Below are positions 49,284 to 59,666 of a stretch of DNA of 64,000 bases, piece after piece. The stretch is from positions 704,001 to 768,000 of the forward strand of contig CBDBHB010000009.1 of assembly GCA_965205505.1 (NCBI GenBank). Direction: 5' to 3'. The notes beneath the pieces are model-generated. The model had not been told where the DNA came from and did no database searches. It was given only the letters and a program-made list of their open reading frames with translations. This stretch comes from Acidobacteriota bacterium (GTDB taxonomy: Bacteria > Acidobacteriota > UBA890 > WLXD01). A program made the translations under genes and the position numbers. Each line of letters opens with the position of its first letter. Positions within the stretch are counted from its first letter, which is position 1.

Positions 49284-51059
49284 TCAGTCTGCTTCGCCGG
49301 TTTGCAGTCGCCAGAGCGCTGCATACAGCCCGTCGTGGCCGACCAACTCCTCGTGCGTTCCACTCTCGACGATGCGGCCGTGATCCAGTACATGAATGGC
49401 GTCGGCGTGGCGGACGGTCGATAGTCGGTGCGCCACGATGAGCGTTGTGCGGCCGCGGGCGGCATGGACCAGCGATCGCTGGATGGCGGCCTCGGTCTCG
49501 TTGTCCACCGCCGAGGTAGCTTCGTCGAGTACCAGGATCGCCGGGTCGCGGTAGAAGGCGCGCGCTAGGGCGATGCGCTGCCGTTGGCCGCCCGACAGCT
49601 GGGTGCCGCGCTCGCCCACCAGGCTCAGGTAACCGTGCGGCAGCGTCTGGATGAAGTCGTGTACCTCGGCGGCGCGGGCGGCGACCTCGACCGCGTCCAT
49701 GTCGGGGGTGAGCTCGCCATACGCGATGTTCTCGGCGACGGTGCCGTCGGTGAGGAAGGGATCCTGCGCGACATAACCGATCGCCTCGCGCAGCGACCCG
49801 GGGTCGTAGTGGGTTATGTCCGTGCCGTCGAGCAGAATGCTGCCGCGCGTCGCGTCGAGAAAGCGCATCAGCAGCTTCAGCACCGTGCTCTTGCCGCCCC
49901 CGGTGGCGCCGACGAGGGCTACGGTGGCACCGGCGGGAACTTGGAAATCGACCCCGCTGATGGCTGGTTTGCCGTCGTATGCGAAGTGCAGGTCTTCGAA
50001 GCGGAGCTTTGCGGTGGCACCAGCGGGTACCGGCGCATCGGGCCGTGCCGGAGCCGGCGTGTCCAGTAGGTTCATGATGCGGGTTACCGAGGCCATGGCG
50101 CGGTTGTACAGGTCGGTCAGCTCGGCCATGGCGGTGAGAGGCCAGAGCAGACGCTGTGTCAGGTAGACGAGAGCGGAGTAGCTGCCGACGCCGATGGTGC
50201 TGCGTAGCGCCAGGATGCCGCCGTAAAGCAGGGTGGCGATGAAGCCCAACAGCACCGCCATGCGAATCACCGGGTTGATGGCGGCGGCGAACCGAATCGC
50301 GTCGGCGTTGCGGGCGCGGTAGGCGTCGGAGGCGGAACGCAGGTGCTCGGCCTCGAACTCCTCGGCCGTATACGCCTGGATGGTGGCCATGCCAAACAGG
50401 TTGTTGTTGAGACGCGCCGAGAGCGCACCTGCCGCATCGCGTGCGGCCGCATAGCGTGGTGCCAGGCGTCGTTGAAACCAAAAGGCACCGAAGATGATCA
50501 AGGGAATCGGCAGGAGGGCCAGCATCGCCAGGTCGGCGGTGATCGCGAAGAACACCGCGCCCACCAGAATCGACGAGAAGAACACCTGGATCAGGTTGTT
50601 GGCGCCAGTATTGAGAAAGCGCTCGACCTGGTTGACGTCCTCGTTGAGCAACGCCATCAGACGGCCGCTGCGCTCTTGCTCGATGAATGCCGGAGGCAAC
50701 TGCTGAAGGTGTGAGTAGGCGGCCTGGCGCAGCTCGTGCTGAAGATCCTGTGCCAGCCCCCGCCACTTGAGCGCGTACAAATACTCGAAGAACGATTCCA
50801 GGGCCCACACCACCACCGTCAGCGCCACCAGCACCCACAGCTGCTGGACAGGGTCGGCGATACCCCGCCGTGCCAGGAACGAGTCGCGCTGGTTCACCAC
50901 CACGTCCACAGCGACGCCGATCAACAGCTCCGGCAACACATCGAAGAACTTGTTGAGCAGTGAGTACGCAGTGGCGAGGTAGGCGTCGCGTCGAAAAGGT
51001 CGGGCAAAGCCGAAGAGCCGGCGAAGTGGGCTGAGTTCGGGCGCGTGGGGTGCGGTCAT
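49284..51059 (-). CDS. ABC exporter, fused permease/ATPase
   Basis: TM domain; GATGGGKS, LSGGQRQ, LDEATS, AHRLST. Confidence 0.95.
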   Translation of the reverse strand: MTAPHAPELSPLRRLFGFARPFRRDAYLATAYSLLNKFFDVLPELLIGVAVDVVVNQRDSFLARRGIADPVQQLWVLVALTVVVWALESFFEYLYALKWRGLAQDLQHELRQAAYSHLQQLPPAFIEQERSGRLMALLNEDVNQVERFLNTGANNLIQVFFSSILVGAVFFAITADLAMLALLPIPLIIFGAFWFQRRLAPRYAAARDAAGALSARLNNNLFGMATIQAYTAEEFEAEHLRSASDAYRARNADAIRFAAAINPVIRMAVLLGFIATLLYGGILALRSTIGVGSYSALVYLTQRLLWPLTAMAELTDLYNRAMASVTRIMNLLDTPAPARPDAPVPAGATAKLRFEDLHFAYDGKPAISGVDFQVPAGATVALVGATGGGKSTVLKLLMRFLDATRGSILLDGTDITHYDPGSLREAIGYVAQDPFLTDGTVAENIAYGELTPDMDAVEVAARAAEVHDFIQTLPHGYLSLVGERGTQLSGGQRQRIALARAFYRDPAILVLDEATSAVDNETEAAIQRSLVHAARGRTTLIVAHRLSTVRHADAIHVLDHGRIVESGTHEELVGHDGLYAALWRLQTGEAD

Positions 51060-51120
51060 GCAGGGAGGGCTCGCGATCGAAGAACTGGCGGCATCGCGCC
51101 AGGTTGCTGCTTCTGCCTGG

Positions 51121-51930
51121 CTAGCGGGGCAGCTCCTGGCGATAGAGATTACCCGTCGCGTCGGTACGCGAGTAGACGATCTCGAATGGCGTCGGCGAGG
51201 CCGACGGAACGGCGAAGAACTGACCGCTCAGCAGGCGCCGGGCCCCGGCGCTCTCGAACGACTCGCCGGTCGGGTACTCGGGCAAGCCGGCGGGTATCTC
51301 CAGCCCCTGGGCGTTCTCCAGCGCCCAGGTGGTGGCGATCATGCCGGCGTTGGTGAACAGGAACCAGCGATTTCCTGGCGTCCAGTAGAAGTCCCAGCCG
51401 CGCGCCAGGAACCTGGGCTCCGCCTCGCCTGCCGGGGTGGCCTCGGCGAGCTTGGCGAGACCGAAGTCGAGGACCTTGGTCTGGCCGTCCTTGGAGATCA
51501 GCAAATTGTCTGGTTTCAGGTCGCGGTGCACGATGCCGGCGGCGTGGGCGGCGGTCAGTGCTCCGGCGACCTGTTGACTGATCTCGATGACCTCTTGTAG
51601 TGGCAGACGCCCGGCGTCCAGACGCTCCCGCAGCGTCTGACTGTCGAGATACTCCTGCACCATGAAGTGGAGGGTCTGCCCGTCGTCCGTCGCTATTGCT
51701 CCGACGTCGTGAACCACCGCGATGTGCGGATGGTTCAACGCGGCCGCCGCCTGTGCTTCCTGTTTGAAGCGCGCCAGGCGGTCGTGATCGTCGGCCAGCT
51801 CCGCTGGCAGCACCTTGATCGCCACCTTGCGGCCCAGGCGAGTGTCCTCTCCCAGGTACACCTCACCCATGCCGCCAGCACCGAGCTGCTCGAGAATCGC
51901 GTAGGGGCCTAGTCGAGTTCCGGGTTCCAT
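51121..51930 (-). pseudogene. Ser/Thr kinase with large in-frame internal deletion (subdomains I-VII joined to a C-terminal tail)
   Basis: [27 protein letters not shown], then no GT..YMSPE or DxxS.G motif. Confidence 0.8.
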
Positions 51931-52132
51931 AGAGGGGCAGACTACGCTTCGGCAGCGTCGGGCTTCAACTCGGACGTCGGCTGCTCTGGCTGAGCTGCCT
52001 GCATGCGGGCAGGCCCACGAACGTGAACGATGCCGCCGACGCGTTTACCATGCAGCGGAGTCATCGCCCAATCGATAGCCCGCTAACCTCACGACAACGG
52101 TGGCGCCGCGCTGCCGCAACAGGACCCCGACC

Positions 52133-54382
52133 ATGAAACCGTCCCGCCTGTTCCCCCGCGTGGCAGCCCTGCTGCTCACCCTCGCGCTGGCGCCCGTGGC
52201 GTGCGCTTCCCAGCAAGCGGCCGATCCCGAGGTCCTGGCCTGGCAGGGGCGCGCCGCCGAGATCACCATCATCCGCGACGACTGGGGCATTGCCCACGTC
52301 TACGGCGCCACCGATGCCGACGCGGTCTTCGGAATGATCTACGCCCAGGCCGAGGACGACTTCAACCGCATCGAGGTGAACTATCTCAACTCGATGGGCC
52401 GGCTGGCCGAGGCCGAGGGCGAGGCGGAGATCTACCGCGATCTGCGCATGAAGCTGTTCATCGTTCCCGAGGAGATGGAGGCCCAATACGAAGCGAGCCC
52501 GGACTGGCTCCGGGCACTCATGGATGCGTGGGCCGACGGGCTCAATTACTTCCTGCACACGCATCCACAGGTGCAGCCTCGGGTGATCCTGCGCTTCGAG
52601 CCGTGGATGGCGCTGACCTTCAGCGAGGGCAGCATCGGCGGCGACATCGAGCGAGTCTCGCTGGGCGATCTCGAGGGCATGTACGGGTCCCCACCCGAAG
52701 CCGGCATGGATGGTGCCCCCTCGGCAGATCTCCTCGCATCGTTGCAGCGCGCCGCCAGCGACGATGAGCTCTACGCTGAGCTATTCGCCGAGCCCGCCGG
52801 CTCCAACGGCTTTGCTATCGCCCCCGCCAACACCGTCAACGGCAACGCTCTGCTGCTCATCAACCCTCATACGTCGTTCTATTTCCGCTCCGAGCTACAC
52901 ATGGTGAGCGACGAGGGATTGAATGCCTACGGTGCCGTCACCTGGGGGCAGTTCTTCGTCTACCAGGGCTTCAACGAGAGCGCCGGTTGGATGCATACAT
53001 CCACCACCGCCGACAACATCGACGAGTACGGCTACGAGGTGAGCGTCCGCGACGATGGCGTTTACTACGCGTACGGCGACGAGGAACGGCGCATGCGCGA
53101 AGCGGTCATCGCGGTTCCCTACAAGGACTCCGACGGCATGGCCGAGCGGCAGTTCACCGTCTACTACAGCCACCATGGGCCGATCGTCCGGACGCTGGAC
53201 GGACGCTGGGTCGCGGTGAAGCTGATGAACGAGCCGATGAGCGCGTTGACCCAGTCGTATACGCGCACCAAGGCGGCCAACTACGCACAGTACAGACAGA
53301 TCATGGAGCTGCACACCAACTCCTCGAACAACACGGTCTTCGCCGACGGCGAGGGCAACATCGCCTACTTCCACTCCAACTTCGTGCCGATCCGCGACAC
53401 GCGCTTCGACTGGAGCGAGCCGGTCGATGGAAGTGATCCAGCCACCGAGTGGCAGGGCTTGACCCCGGTCGACGAGTCGCCGAACGCTCTCAACCCGCCT
53501 GGAGGCTGGATACAGAACACCAACAACTGGCCCTATTCGGTGAGCGGCGACAGCAGCCCTAGGCAGCACGACTACCCCTCCTACATGGACACGCGCGGCG
53601 AGAACGCCCGCGGCATGCACGCCCTGCGCGTGCTCGACGGCAAGACCGATTTCACGCTCACCAGCCTCATCGAGGCTGCCTACGACAGCTACCTCACCGC
53701 CTTCGAGCCGTTGATTCCGGCGCTGCTGAGCGCCTACGACCAGACACCCGCCGCCGAGCCGCTCAGGGCCAAGCTGGCCGAGCAGATCGAGATTCTGCGC
53801 GGTTGGGATCTGCGCTTCGGCGTCGACTCGGTTGCCACCTCCCTGGCCATCTTCTGGGGCGACGAAGCCATGCGCGATGCGGCGCCCTCGGCTCGCGCTG
53901 CGGGCATGTCGGTGTCTGACTACGTCGCCACCCGAGCACCCGCCCGGCAGCTCCTCGAAGCGCTGGCCGCGGCGTCGGATCGCCTCACCGAGGACTTCGG
54001 CTCCTGGCAGACTCCATGGGGCGAGATCAATCGCTTCCAGCGCATCACCGGCGACATCGTCCAGCCGCACGACGACAACGCTCCCAGTATCCCGGTTGCC
54101 TTCGCCTCATCACGCTGGGGGTCGCTGGCCTCCTTCGGCGCCGGTCGCTTCAACACCAAGCGGCTCTACGGCACTGGCGGTAACAGCTTCGTCGCCGTCG
54201 TCGAGTTCGGTGACCGCTTGCAGGCGCGCGCCGTCACCGCAGGCGGCGAGAGCGGCGACCCGGCGTCACCGCACTTCGATGACCAGGCAACCCGGTATGC
54301 CACCGGGGATCTGCGGCCGGTGTACTTCTACCGGGAGGACGTCGAGGCGAGTCGGGAGCGCGAGTACCACCCGGGGGAGTAA
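52133..54382 (+). CDS. Penicillin/AHL acylase family (peptidase S45)
   Basis: RDDWGIAHVYG, YAQAED, G|SNGFAI (Ntn Ser), LLINPH, QNTN. Confidence 0.92.
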   Translation: MKPSRLFPRVAALLLTLALAPVACASQQAADPEVLAWQGRAAEITIIRDDWGIAHVYGATDADAVFGMIYAQAEDDFNRIEVNYLNSMGRLAEAEGEAEIYRDLRMKLFIVPEEMEAQYEASPDWLRALMDAWADGLNYFLHTHPQVQPRVILRFEPWMALTFSEGSIGGDIERVSLGDLEGMYGSPPEAGMDGAPSADLLASLQRAASDDELYAELFAEPAGSNGFAIAPANTVNGNALLLINPHTSFYFRSELHMVSDEGLNAYGAVTWGQFFVYQGFNESAGWMHTSTTADNIDEYGYEVSVRDDGVYYAYGDEERRMREAVIAVPYKDSDGMAERQFTVYYSHHGPIVRTLDGRWVAVKLMNEPMSALTQSYTRTKAANYAQYRQIMELHTNSSNNTVFADGEGNIAYFHSNFVPIRDTRFDWSEPVDGSDPATEWQGLTPVDESPNALNPPGGWIQNTNNWPYSVSGDSSPRQHDYPSYMDTRGENARGMHALRVLDGKTDFTLTSLIEAAYDSYLTAFEPLIPALLSAYDQTPAAEPLRAKLAEQIEILRGWDLRFGVDSVATSLAIFWGDEAMRDAAPSARAAGMSVSDYVATRAPARQLLEALAAASDRLTEDFGSWQTPWGEINRFQRITGDIVQPHDDNAPSIPVAFASSRWGSLASFGAGRFNTKRLYGTGGNSFVAVVEFGDRLQARAVTAGGESGDPASPHFDDQATRYATGDLRPVYFYREDVEASREREYHPGE

Positions 54383-54602
54383 GGGATGCGTGGCGCCAGG
54401 CCCGCTACCTGTGTGTGGGATAGTCCAGTCTCGACCATGAGTTGCTGGAACCACAGCGCCGCTCGGAGCCCCCCGTACGAGGCGTTTGCTCGGACGGACA
54501 CCGCCGACTAGATTACGTTTGCGATCATGAGCTTGTTGTCGGAGTCTCCCTTGGCCCGCGTGCCTCTACCTCCTTTCGTCGGCCCGCCCGCTCACGGCAC
54601 CG

Positions 54603-55721
54603 ATGTCTGCTGACCCCTCGCCCGACAGAGTCAGCTGGCGCGGCCCGCTGCAGCCGCTTGCTTTGCTGGCGCTGCTCTACGGCTTCTTCGTTGGCCTCGA
54701 CCTCATGGGGCTGGCGTTCAAGCTGTTCGGGCGGGGCTTCGCGGAGATGCTCATCGAGCAGACCGCCAACCCGCTGGTCGGTCTGTTCGTAGGCGTCCTG
54801 GCCACCAGCCTGGTGCAAAGCTCGTCGACGACGACGTCGATGACCGTCGGCCTGGTGGCTGCTGGCGCCCTCACCGTCGAAGGCGCTATCCCCATCGTCA
54901 TGGGAGCCAACATCGGCACGTCGATCACCAACACGCTGGTCTCGCTGGCCCACGTGACGCGGCGTGAGGAGTTCGAGCGCGCCTTCGCCGGGGCTACCGT
55001 GCACGACTTCTTCAACCTACTTGCCGTGGCGATCCTGCTACCTGTGGAAATGGCGACCGGCTACCTGGCCCGGGTGGCCACCATTCTCGAGTATGGCCTC
55101 GAGGGCACGGCTGGAATCAAGTTATTCGATCCGCTGCGAGCGGTCGTCCGTCCGGTTGCCGAGAGTGTGGTCAGTCTGGCGGGCGATTCGGGGATCATCG
55201 CCCTGATCATCGGCATAGCGCTGCTCATGGCCTGTTTGAAGTTTCTCGTCGATCTCTTGAAGGTGCTCATGTCGGCGCGCGCCGAGCGCGTCCTGCATGC
55301 AACTCTGCTGCGCTCGACCGTCGCCGCCGTTGCCGCCGGTACGGTGATGACCGTGATGGTGCAGAGCAGCTCGATCACCACCTCGGTGATGATCCCGCTG
55401 GTCGGTGCGGGTATCGTGACGCTGGAGCAGATGTTCCCGCTTACCATCGGCGCCAACCTCGGTACGACGATCACCGCAATGCTGGCGGCGCTGGCCACCG
55501 GTAACCCGGCTGCGGTGACGGTGGCGTTCGCGCATGTGATGTTCAACGTGACGGCGATTCTGTTGGTTTTCTTGCCGCCACCCATGCGGCGAATACCGCT
55601 CAGACTGGCGCGCTGGATGGGGCGCGTGGGGAGTCGCAATCGGCTGTTGGCAGCCGCCTACATCATCGTGGTTTTCTTCCTGATACCGCTCTCGCTGCTG
55701 TTGATCAGCGGCACCCTGTAG
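54603..55721 (+). CDS. Na+/Pi cotransporter (NptA family)
   Basis: Two QSSS motifs, GANIGTS and GANLGTT. Confidence 0.92.
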   Translation: MSADPSPDRVSWRGPLQPLALLALLYGFFVGLDLMGLAFKLFGRGFAEMLIEQTANPLVGLFVGVLATSLVQSSSTTTSMTVGLVAAGALTVEGAIPIVMGANIGTSITNTLVSLAHVTRREEFERAFAGATVHDFFNLLAVAILLPVEMATGYLARVATILEYGLEGTAGIKLFDPLRAVVRPVAESVVSLAGDSGIIALIIGIALLMACLKFLVDLLKVLMSARAERVLHATLLRSTVAAVAAGTVMTVMVQSSSITTSVMIPLVGAGIVTLEQMFPLTIGANLGTTITAMLAALATGNPAAVTVAFAHVMFNVTAILLVFLPPPMRRIPLRLARWMGRVGSRNRLLAAAYIIVVFFLIPLSLLLISGTL

Positions 55722-55734
55722 CTGGAGAGCTGAG

Positions 55735-56388
55735 ATGTTCAAGCGTCTGTTCGGAGCGCGAGCCCAATCAACGCTGATCGACGAAGGCTTCGAGACGATC
55801 TCGGGGATGCTCACTCACGCCGCCGAGATGTATGACATCGCTATCGAGATGCTCCTCGACAACCGGCCCGCGGACGTCGATCTTGATGCGCTCGACGACC
55901 GTATCGATGACGGGGAGCGCCAGGTACGTCGGACGGTGCTGCAGCATCTCGCCGTCGATCCACGGCACGACCTCGTAGCGAGCCTGATACTGGTGTCGAT
56001 CGTGCAGGACGCCGAGCGGATCGGCGACTTCGCGCGAGGTCTCGGCGATCTCGTCGAGCTCAAGGAGGGGCGTCTCGAGGGTGAGTTCGCCGATGACCTG
56101 CGCCAGATCGCCGAGCGGATCCGACCGAGCTTCGAAGTGTGTGCTGCCGCGTTTGGTGACGATGACGCCAAGGGCGCCAGCCAGCTGATCGAGCGCCACG
56201 TCGAGACCAAGGTCGTCGTTCGAGAGTACATGTCTCGGCTGGCAGCCAGCGATCTGTCGGCCGACCCGGCAGTGGTCTACTCGAGCGCCGTGCGTATCCT
56301 CGCACGGGTGAGCGCCCACCTCAGCAATATCGCCTCCTCGGTTGTGCAGCCGTACGACCGAATACGACACGGCGACGAGGAGGTCTGA
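55735..56388 (+). CDS. PhoU-domain protein
   Basis: DDRIDDGE, DAERIGD; directly downstream of the Na/Pi transporter. Confidence 0.75.
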   Translation: MFKRLFGARAQSTLIDEGFETISGMLTHAAEMYDIAIEMLLDNRPADVDLDALDDRIDDGERQVRRTVLQHLAVDPRHDLVASLILVSIVQDAERIGDFARGLGDLVELKEGRLEGEFADDLRQIAERIRPSFEVCAAAFGDDDAKGASQLIERHVETKVVVREYMSRLAASDLSADPAVVYSSAVRILARVSAHLSNIASSVVQPYDRIRHGDEEV

Positions 56389-56453
56389 CGCCAGCGGTGA
56401 AGGGGCACCTTTACTTGTGAGAGTAGACGACGAACCCCAGGGAAAATCGCTCG

Positions 56454-58403
56454 CTAATCCAGACCGAAGGCCAGCAGCACGTTTCCGGGGGCGTTGCCGA
56501 GAATCGCGTAGCCGGAGCCGACGTAGAGCATGCCGTCGACGATCGACGGTCCCGCCCCGCCGATGCCGCCGCCGAAGCCGGCCACGCCGTTCACGGTTTC
56601 GAACTCACGCGCGGTATTGAACTCCCACTGGATGGTGCCGTCCTCGGTGGAGTACGAGCGCAGCACCCCGTTGCGCGAGCCGGTCAGCACAGCGCCGGCG
56701 ATGGCGGTGGCCGCAGCCCAGTTGCCCGAGTGGCAGGTCATCTCCTCCTCCGGGTCGGGGCAGTCGCTCGGCTTGGGTAGCTTGGTGTTCCAGACCCGCG
56801 ATCCGTCCTCTACGCGCAGAGCGGCAATGCTGCCGGTACCGTCTGACTGAGGCACTGGCTTGAAGTAGTACTCCCCGTCGAAGGCGCCGCCGAAGCCCGC
56901 GTCGGTAGGTGCCATCTCATCTCCCGCCTGAGCTACCCACAGAACAGCCCCGCGGTTGTCCGGATCGAGCGCGGTTACACGGCCGCTCTCCTGACCTTGA
57001 ATGAGGATTCGACTGCCGTCGGCCAGCCTGTGCAGCACCGGCGATCCGGAGGGGTCGTCGTCGGGGGTATTGACGAAGCCAGGGCAGTTCAGGCGCCGCT
57101 CATCAGCAGTGCTTCCGCAGCCACCGTCGTGTCGATCGTTCGGCACCAGCTGAGTCCACCAAAGGCGCGCTCCGGTATCCAGGTTGAACGCCATCACCGA
57201 CACGCAGGTACCGTCGTCGAATCCGATGGGGTCGTCGAAGAACTCCGAGATGTAGCAAGTTCCCGTCGTCGAGTAGAGCTTGCGATGCTCCAGGTCCAGT
57301 GTCGGCGCGTTCCACACTGCGGCGCCGGATGGACCGTACAACTGTGTGCCGGCCGAGTTTCTGCGTAGCGGCCGTGGACGCTCCGACATCGTGTACGTCT
57401 TCCAGACTCGGCGCCCGGTGCTCAAGTCGAGCGCGGTGATGCTGCCCTGGAAGGTGCAGCACTCGTAGCTGATCTGTCGCGCCGGAATCTGTGCCCACGA
57501 CGAAACGCCGACGTACAGGTACCCGCCGGGCGAGGGATCGAGCACCGGCGGCCCGGTGATCTTCGCCGCCGGATGGTCGTCGGGGCGCATCGACCAGAGC
57601 TCCTCGCCGGTCTCGGCGTTGATTGCAGTGACGTAGCCCATGTAGTCACCGAACGCGGCGGCGTAGCGAACGCCGGGCAGGCCGTCCACCGCGCCGATGC
57701 TCACCGCCGTGCGCACCTGACCGGGTGCCTCGTACGACCAGTGCACGCAGCCGCTCTTGGCGTCGAGCGCATACACGAAGTTGTTGTCGCTGCCGATGAA
57801 CAACGTCCCGCCGACGATCGTTGGCTGTGCCCACGATGCCGAGGCAGCACCCGGTAGGGCAAAGGCCCATTTCAGCTTCAACTGTGGTACCTGCGAACCG
57901 GTGAGACCGGCGGCGGCGTTCTCTTGAAAGCGGTGTGAACGGGTCGGATCCGGAGTCCAGCCGTTCCACTGTGGCCCTTCGAAGGGGTCGTTCAACGACA
58001 GCGGATTGGCGCAGGGATTGCTCATCGCGGTCGCGGCGCGATCGGCGGTTCCGCCGAACGGATTGCCGGTGACCAGCTCGGCCAGCGCTCCCAGCTGCTC
58101 CTCCCTGAGCCCGCGCACGAACTCGACCATCGGGCCCGTGGTAACTGCTGCGAGTACCCGCTCGGTCGCCAGCTGCCGCAGGGTGTCGCGGCTTGGGGCA
58201 CGGTTGTTCGGGCTTCTGTTGTCGTGGCAGCTGGCGCACCGCATCTCGTAGTCGAGCACCATGCTGGCCGGCGTTGCGGGCCCCGCTGGGCTCCATCCCT
58301 GCGGCGCGGGTTCGCCCGATGCTTCGAGAGGCTGCACGAGCCAGAGGACCGCGAGAATCGTGAGCGCTACCAGGGCGCTTGGCAGGAACGCGAGTCGTCT
58401 CAT
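56454..58403 (-). CDS. Cytochrome c + PQQ dehydrogenase (polyvinyl-alcohol dehydrogenase-like)
   Basis: Signal peptide; CASCH; LKLKWAF, SGCVHWSY, YECCTFQGS, GPSGAAVW, GNVLLAF. Confidence 0.88.
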   Translation of the reverse strand: MRRLAFLPSALVALTILAVLWLVQPLEASGEPAPQGWSPAGPATPASMVLDYEMRCASCHDNRSPNNRAPSRDTLRQLATERVLAAVTTGPMVEFVRGLREEQLGALAELVTGNPFGGTADRAATAMSNPCANPLSLNDPFEGPQWNGWTPDPTRSHRFQENAAAGLTGSQVPQLKLKWAFALPGAASASWAQPTIVGGTLFIGSDNNFVYALDAKSGCVHWSYEAPGQVRTAVSIGAVDGLPGVRYAAAFGDYMGYVTAINAETGEELWSMRPDDHPAAKITGPPVLDPSPGGYLYVGVSSWAQIPARQISYECCTFQGSITALDLSTGRRVWKTYTMSERPRPLRRNSAGTQLYGPSGAAVWNAPTLDLEHRKLYSTTGTCYISEFFDDPIGFDDGTCVSVMAFNLDTGARLWWTQLVPNDRHDGGCGSTADERRLNCPGFVNTPDDDPSGSPVLHRLADGSRILIQGQESGRVTALDPDNRGAVLWVAQAGDEMAPTDAGFGGAFDGEYYFKPVPQSDGTGSIAALRVEDGSRVWNTKLPKPSDCPDPEEEMTCHSGNWAAATAIAGAVLTGSRNGVLRSYSTEDGTIQWEFNTAREFETVNGVAGFGGGIGGAGPSIVDGMLYVGSGYAILGNAPGNVLLAFGLD

Positions 58404-58518
58404 CGACACTTACTCCAGGTGGAGGGGTTGCTCATTCTCGGCACCTCAGGCAGGGTCGTCAACCGACGCGGCCAAGTGCCAGCGCGCCAACATCGTTTCT
58501 TCGAACCCGGACGCCAAC

Positions 58519-59646
58519 ATGCCAGGCTTACTTCCTCACGTGGATCCAGACGGTCTCCTGGAGTACTCGGTGGTCTTCACCGACCGCTCGCTCAACCACA
58601 TGTCGCGGACGTTCCAGGGGGTGATGAACGATATCTCCACGACCCTGAAGGTGGCCTACGGTGCCGACGCGGTGGTCGTAGTCCCCGGGGGAGGCACCTT
58701 CGGAATGGAGGCGGTGGCACGGCAGTTCGCCACCGGTAAGCGGTGCCTCGTGATCCGAAACGGCTGGTTCAGCTTTCGCTGGTCGCAGATCTTCGAAATG
58801 GGCGGTATTCCGTCCGCCTGCACGGTGTTGAAGGCGCGAGCCCTCGATGGCGGTGCGCAGCCGGCGTTCGCGCCCGCACCGATCGAGGAGGTCGTCGCGA
58901 CGATCGCGGAGGAACAGCCCGACTTGGTCTTCGCTCCGCATGTCGAGACCTCGTCGGGAATGATCCTGCCCGACGACTACATCGGCGCAGTGACCGAGGC
59001 AGTGCACTCGGCGGGAGGCATGTTGGTCCTCGATTGCATCGCCTCGGGCGCCATATGGGTCGACATGAAGACGGTGGGCGTCGACGTGCTGATCAGCGCG
59101 CCGCAGAAAGGCTGGAGCGGCTCTCCCTGCGCCGGCCTGGTGATGATGAGCGAGCTGGCGCAAGAGCGTATCGGAGCCACTACCAGCAGCAGCTTCGCTG
59201 CCGACTTGCGCAAGTGGCTCGAGATCATGCAGGCCTACGAGGGTGGCGGCCACGCTTACCACGCCACCTTGCCGACCGATTCATTGACGCGTTTTCGCGA
59301 CGCCATGCGGGAGACCGAGGCGTACGGGTTCGCCAGGGTGCGGACGGAGCAACAGGAGCTCGGCGACAAGGTGCGCGCGCTGCTCGTCGGCAAGGGCTTC
59401 AAGAGCGTGGCGGTTGCAGGGTTCCAGGCACCCGGGGTGGTCGTGAGCTACACGGACGATGCCGATATCCAGAACGGCAAGAAGTTCGCTGGTGTAGGCC
59501 TGCAGATCGCCGCCGGCGTTCCCCTCCGCTGCGACGAGCCGGAGCCCTTCAGCACGTTTCGCCTCGGGCTGTTCGGTCTGGACAAGTTGCACAACGTCGA
59601 TCGCTCGGTCGAGGCGCTCGAGCGCGCATTGAGCCAGATTCTCTAG
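58519..59646 (+). CDS. Class V aminotransferase (serine-pyruvate/alanine-glyoxylate-like)
   Basis: EYSVVFTDRSLNHMS, PHVETSSG, DCIASG, SAPQKGW. Confidence 0.9.
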   Translation: MPGLLPHVDPDGLLEYSVVFTDRSLNHMSRTFQGVMNDISTTLKVAYGADAVVVVPGGGTFGMEAVARQFATGKRCLVIRNGWFSFRWSQIFEMGGIPSACTVLKARALDGGAQPAFAPAPIEEVVATIAEEQPDLVFAPHVETSSGMILPDDYIGAVTEAVHSAGGMLVLDCIASGAIWVDMKTVGVDVLISAPQKGWSGSPCAGLVMMSELAQERIGATTSSSFAADLRKWLEIMQAYEGGGHAYHATLPTDSLTRFRDAMRETEAYGFARVRTEQQELGDKVRALLVGKGFKSVAVAGFQAPGVVVSYTDDADIQNGKKFAGVGLQIAAGVPLRCDEPEPFSTFRLGLFGLDKLHNVDRSVEALERALSQIL

Positions 59647-59666
59647 CGAATCGGACACCCGGGCTC

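Noticed and set aside
47314-50838. 1174-aa minus-strand ORF and other long shadow ORFs (e.g. 31644-33476, 35564-37198, 25314-26876)
   Set aside because: Antisense or off-frame shadows of well-supported genes in GC-rich DNA, with no family motifs.
54383-54602. Pho box upstream of the Na/Pi transporter
   Set aside because: No 11-bp-spaced GTCA/TGTCA direct repeats visible.
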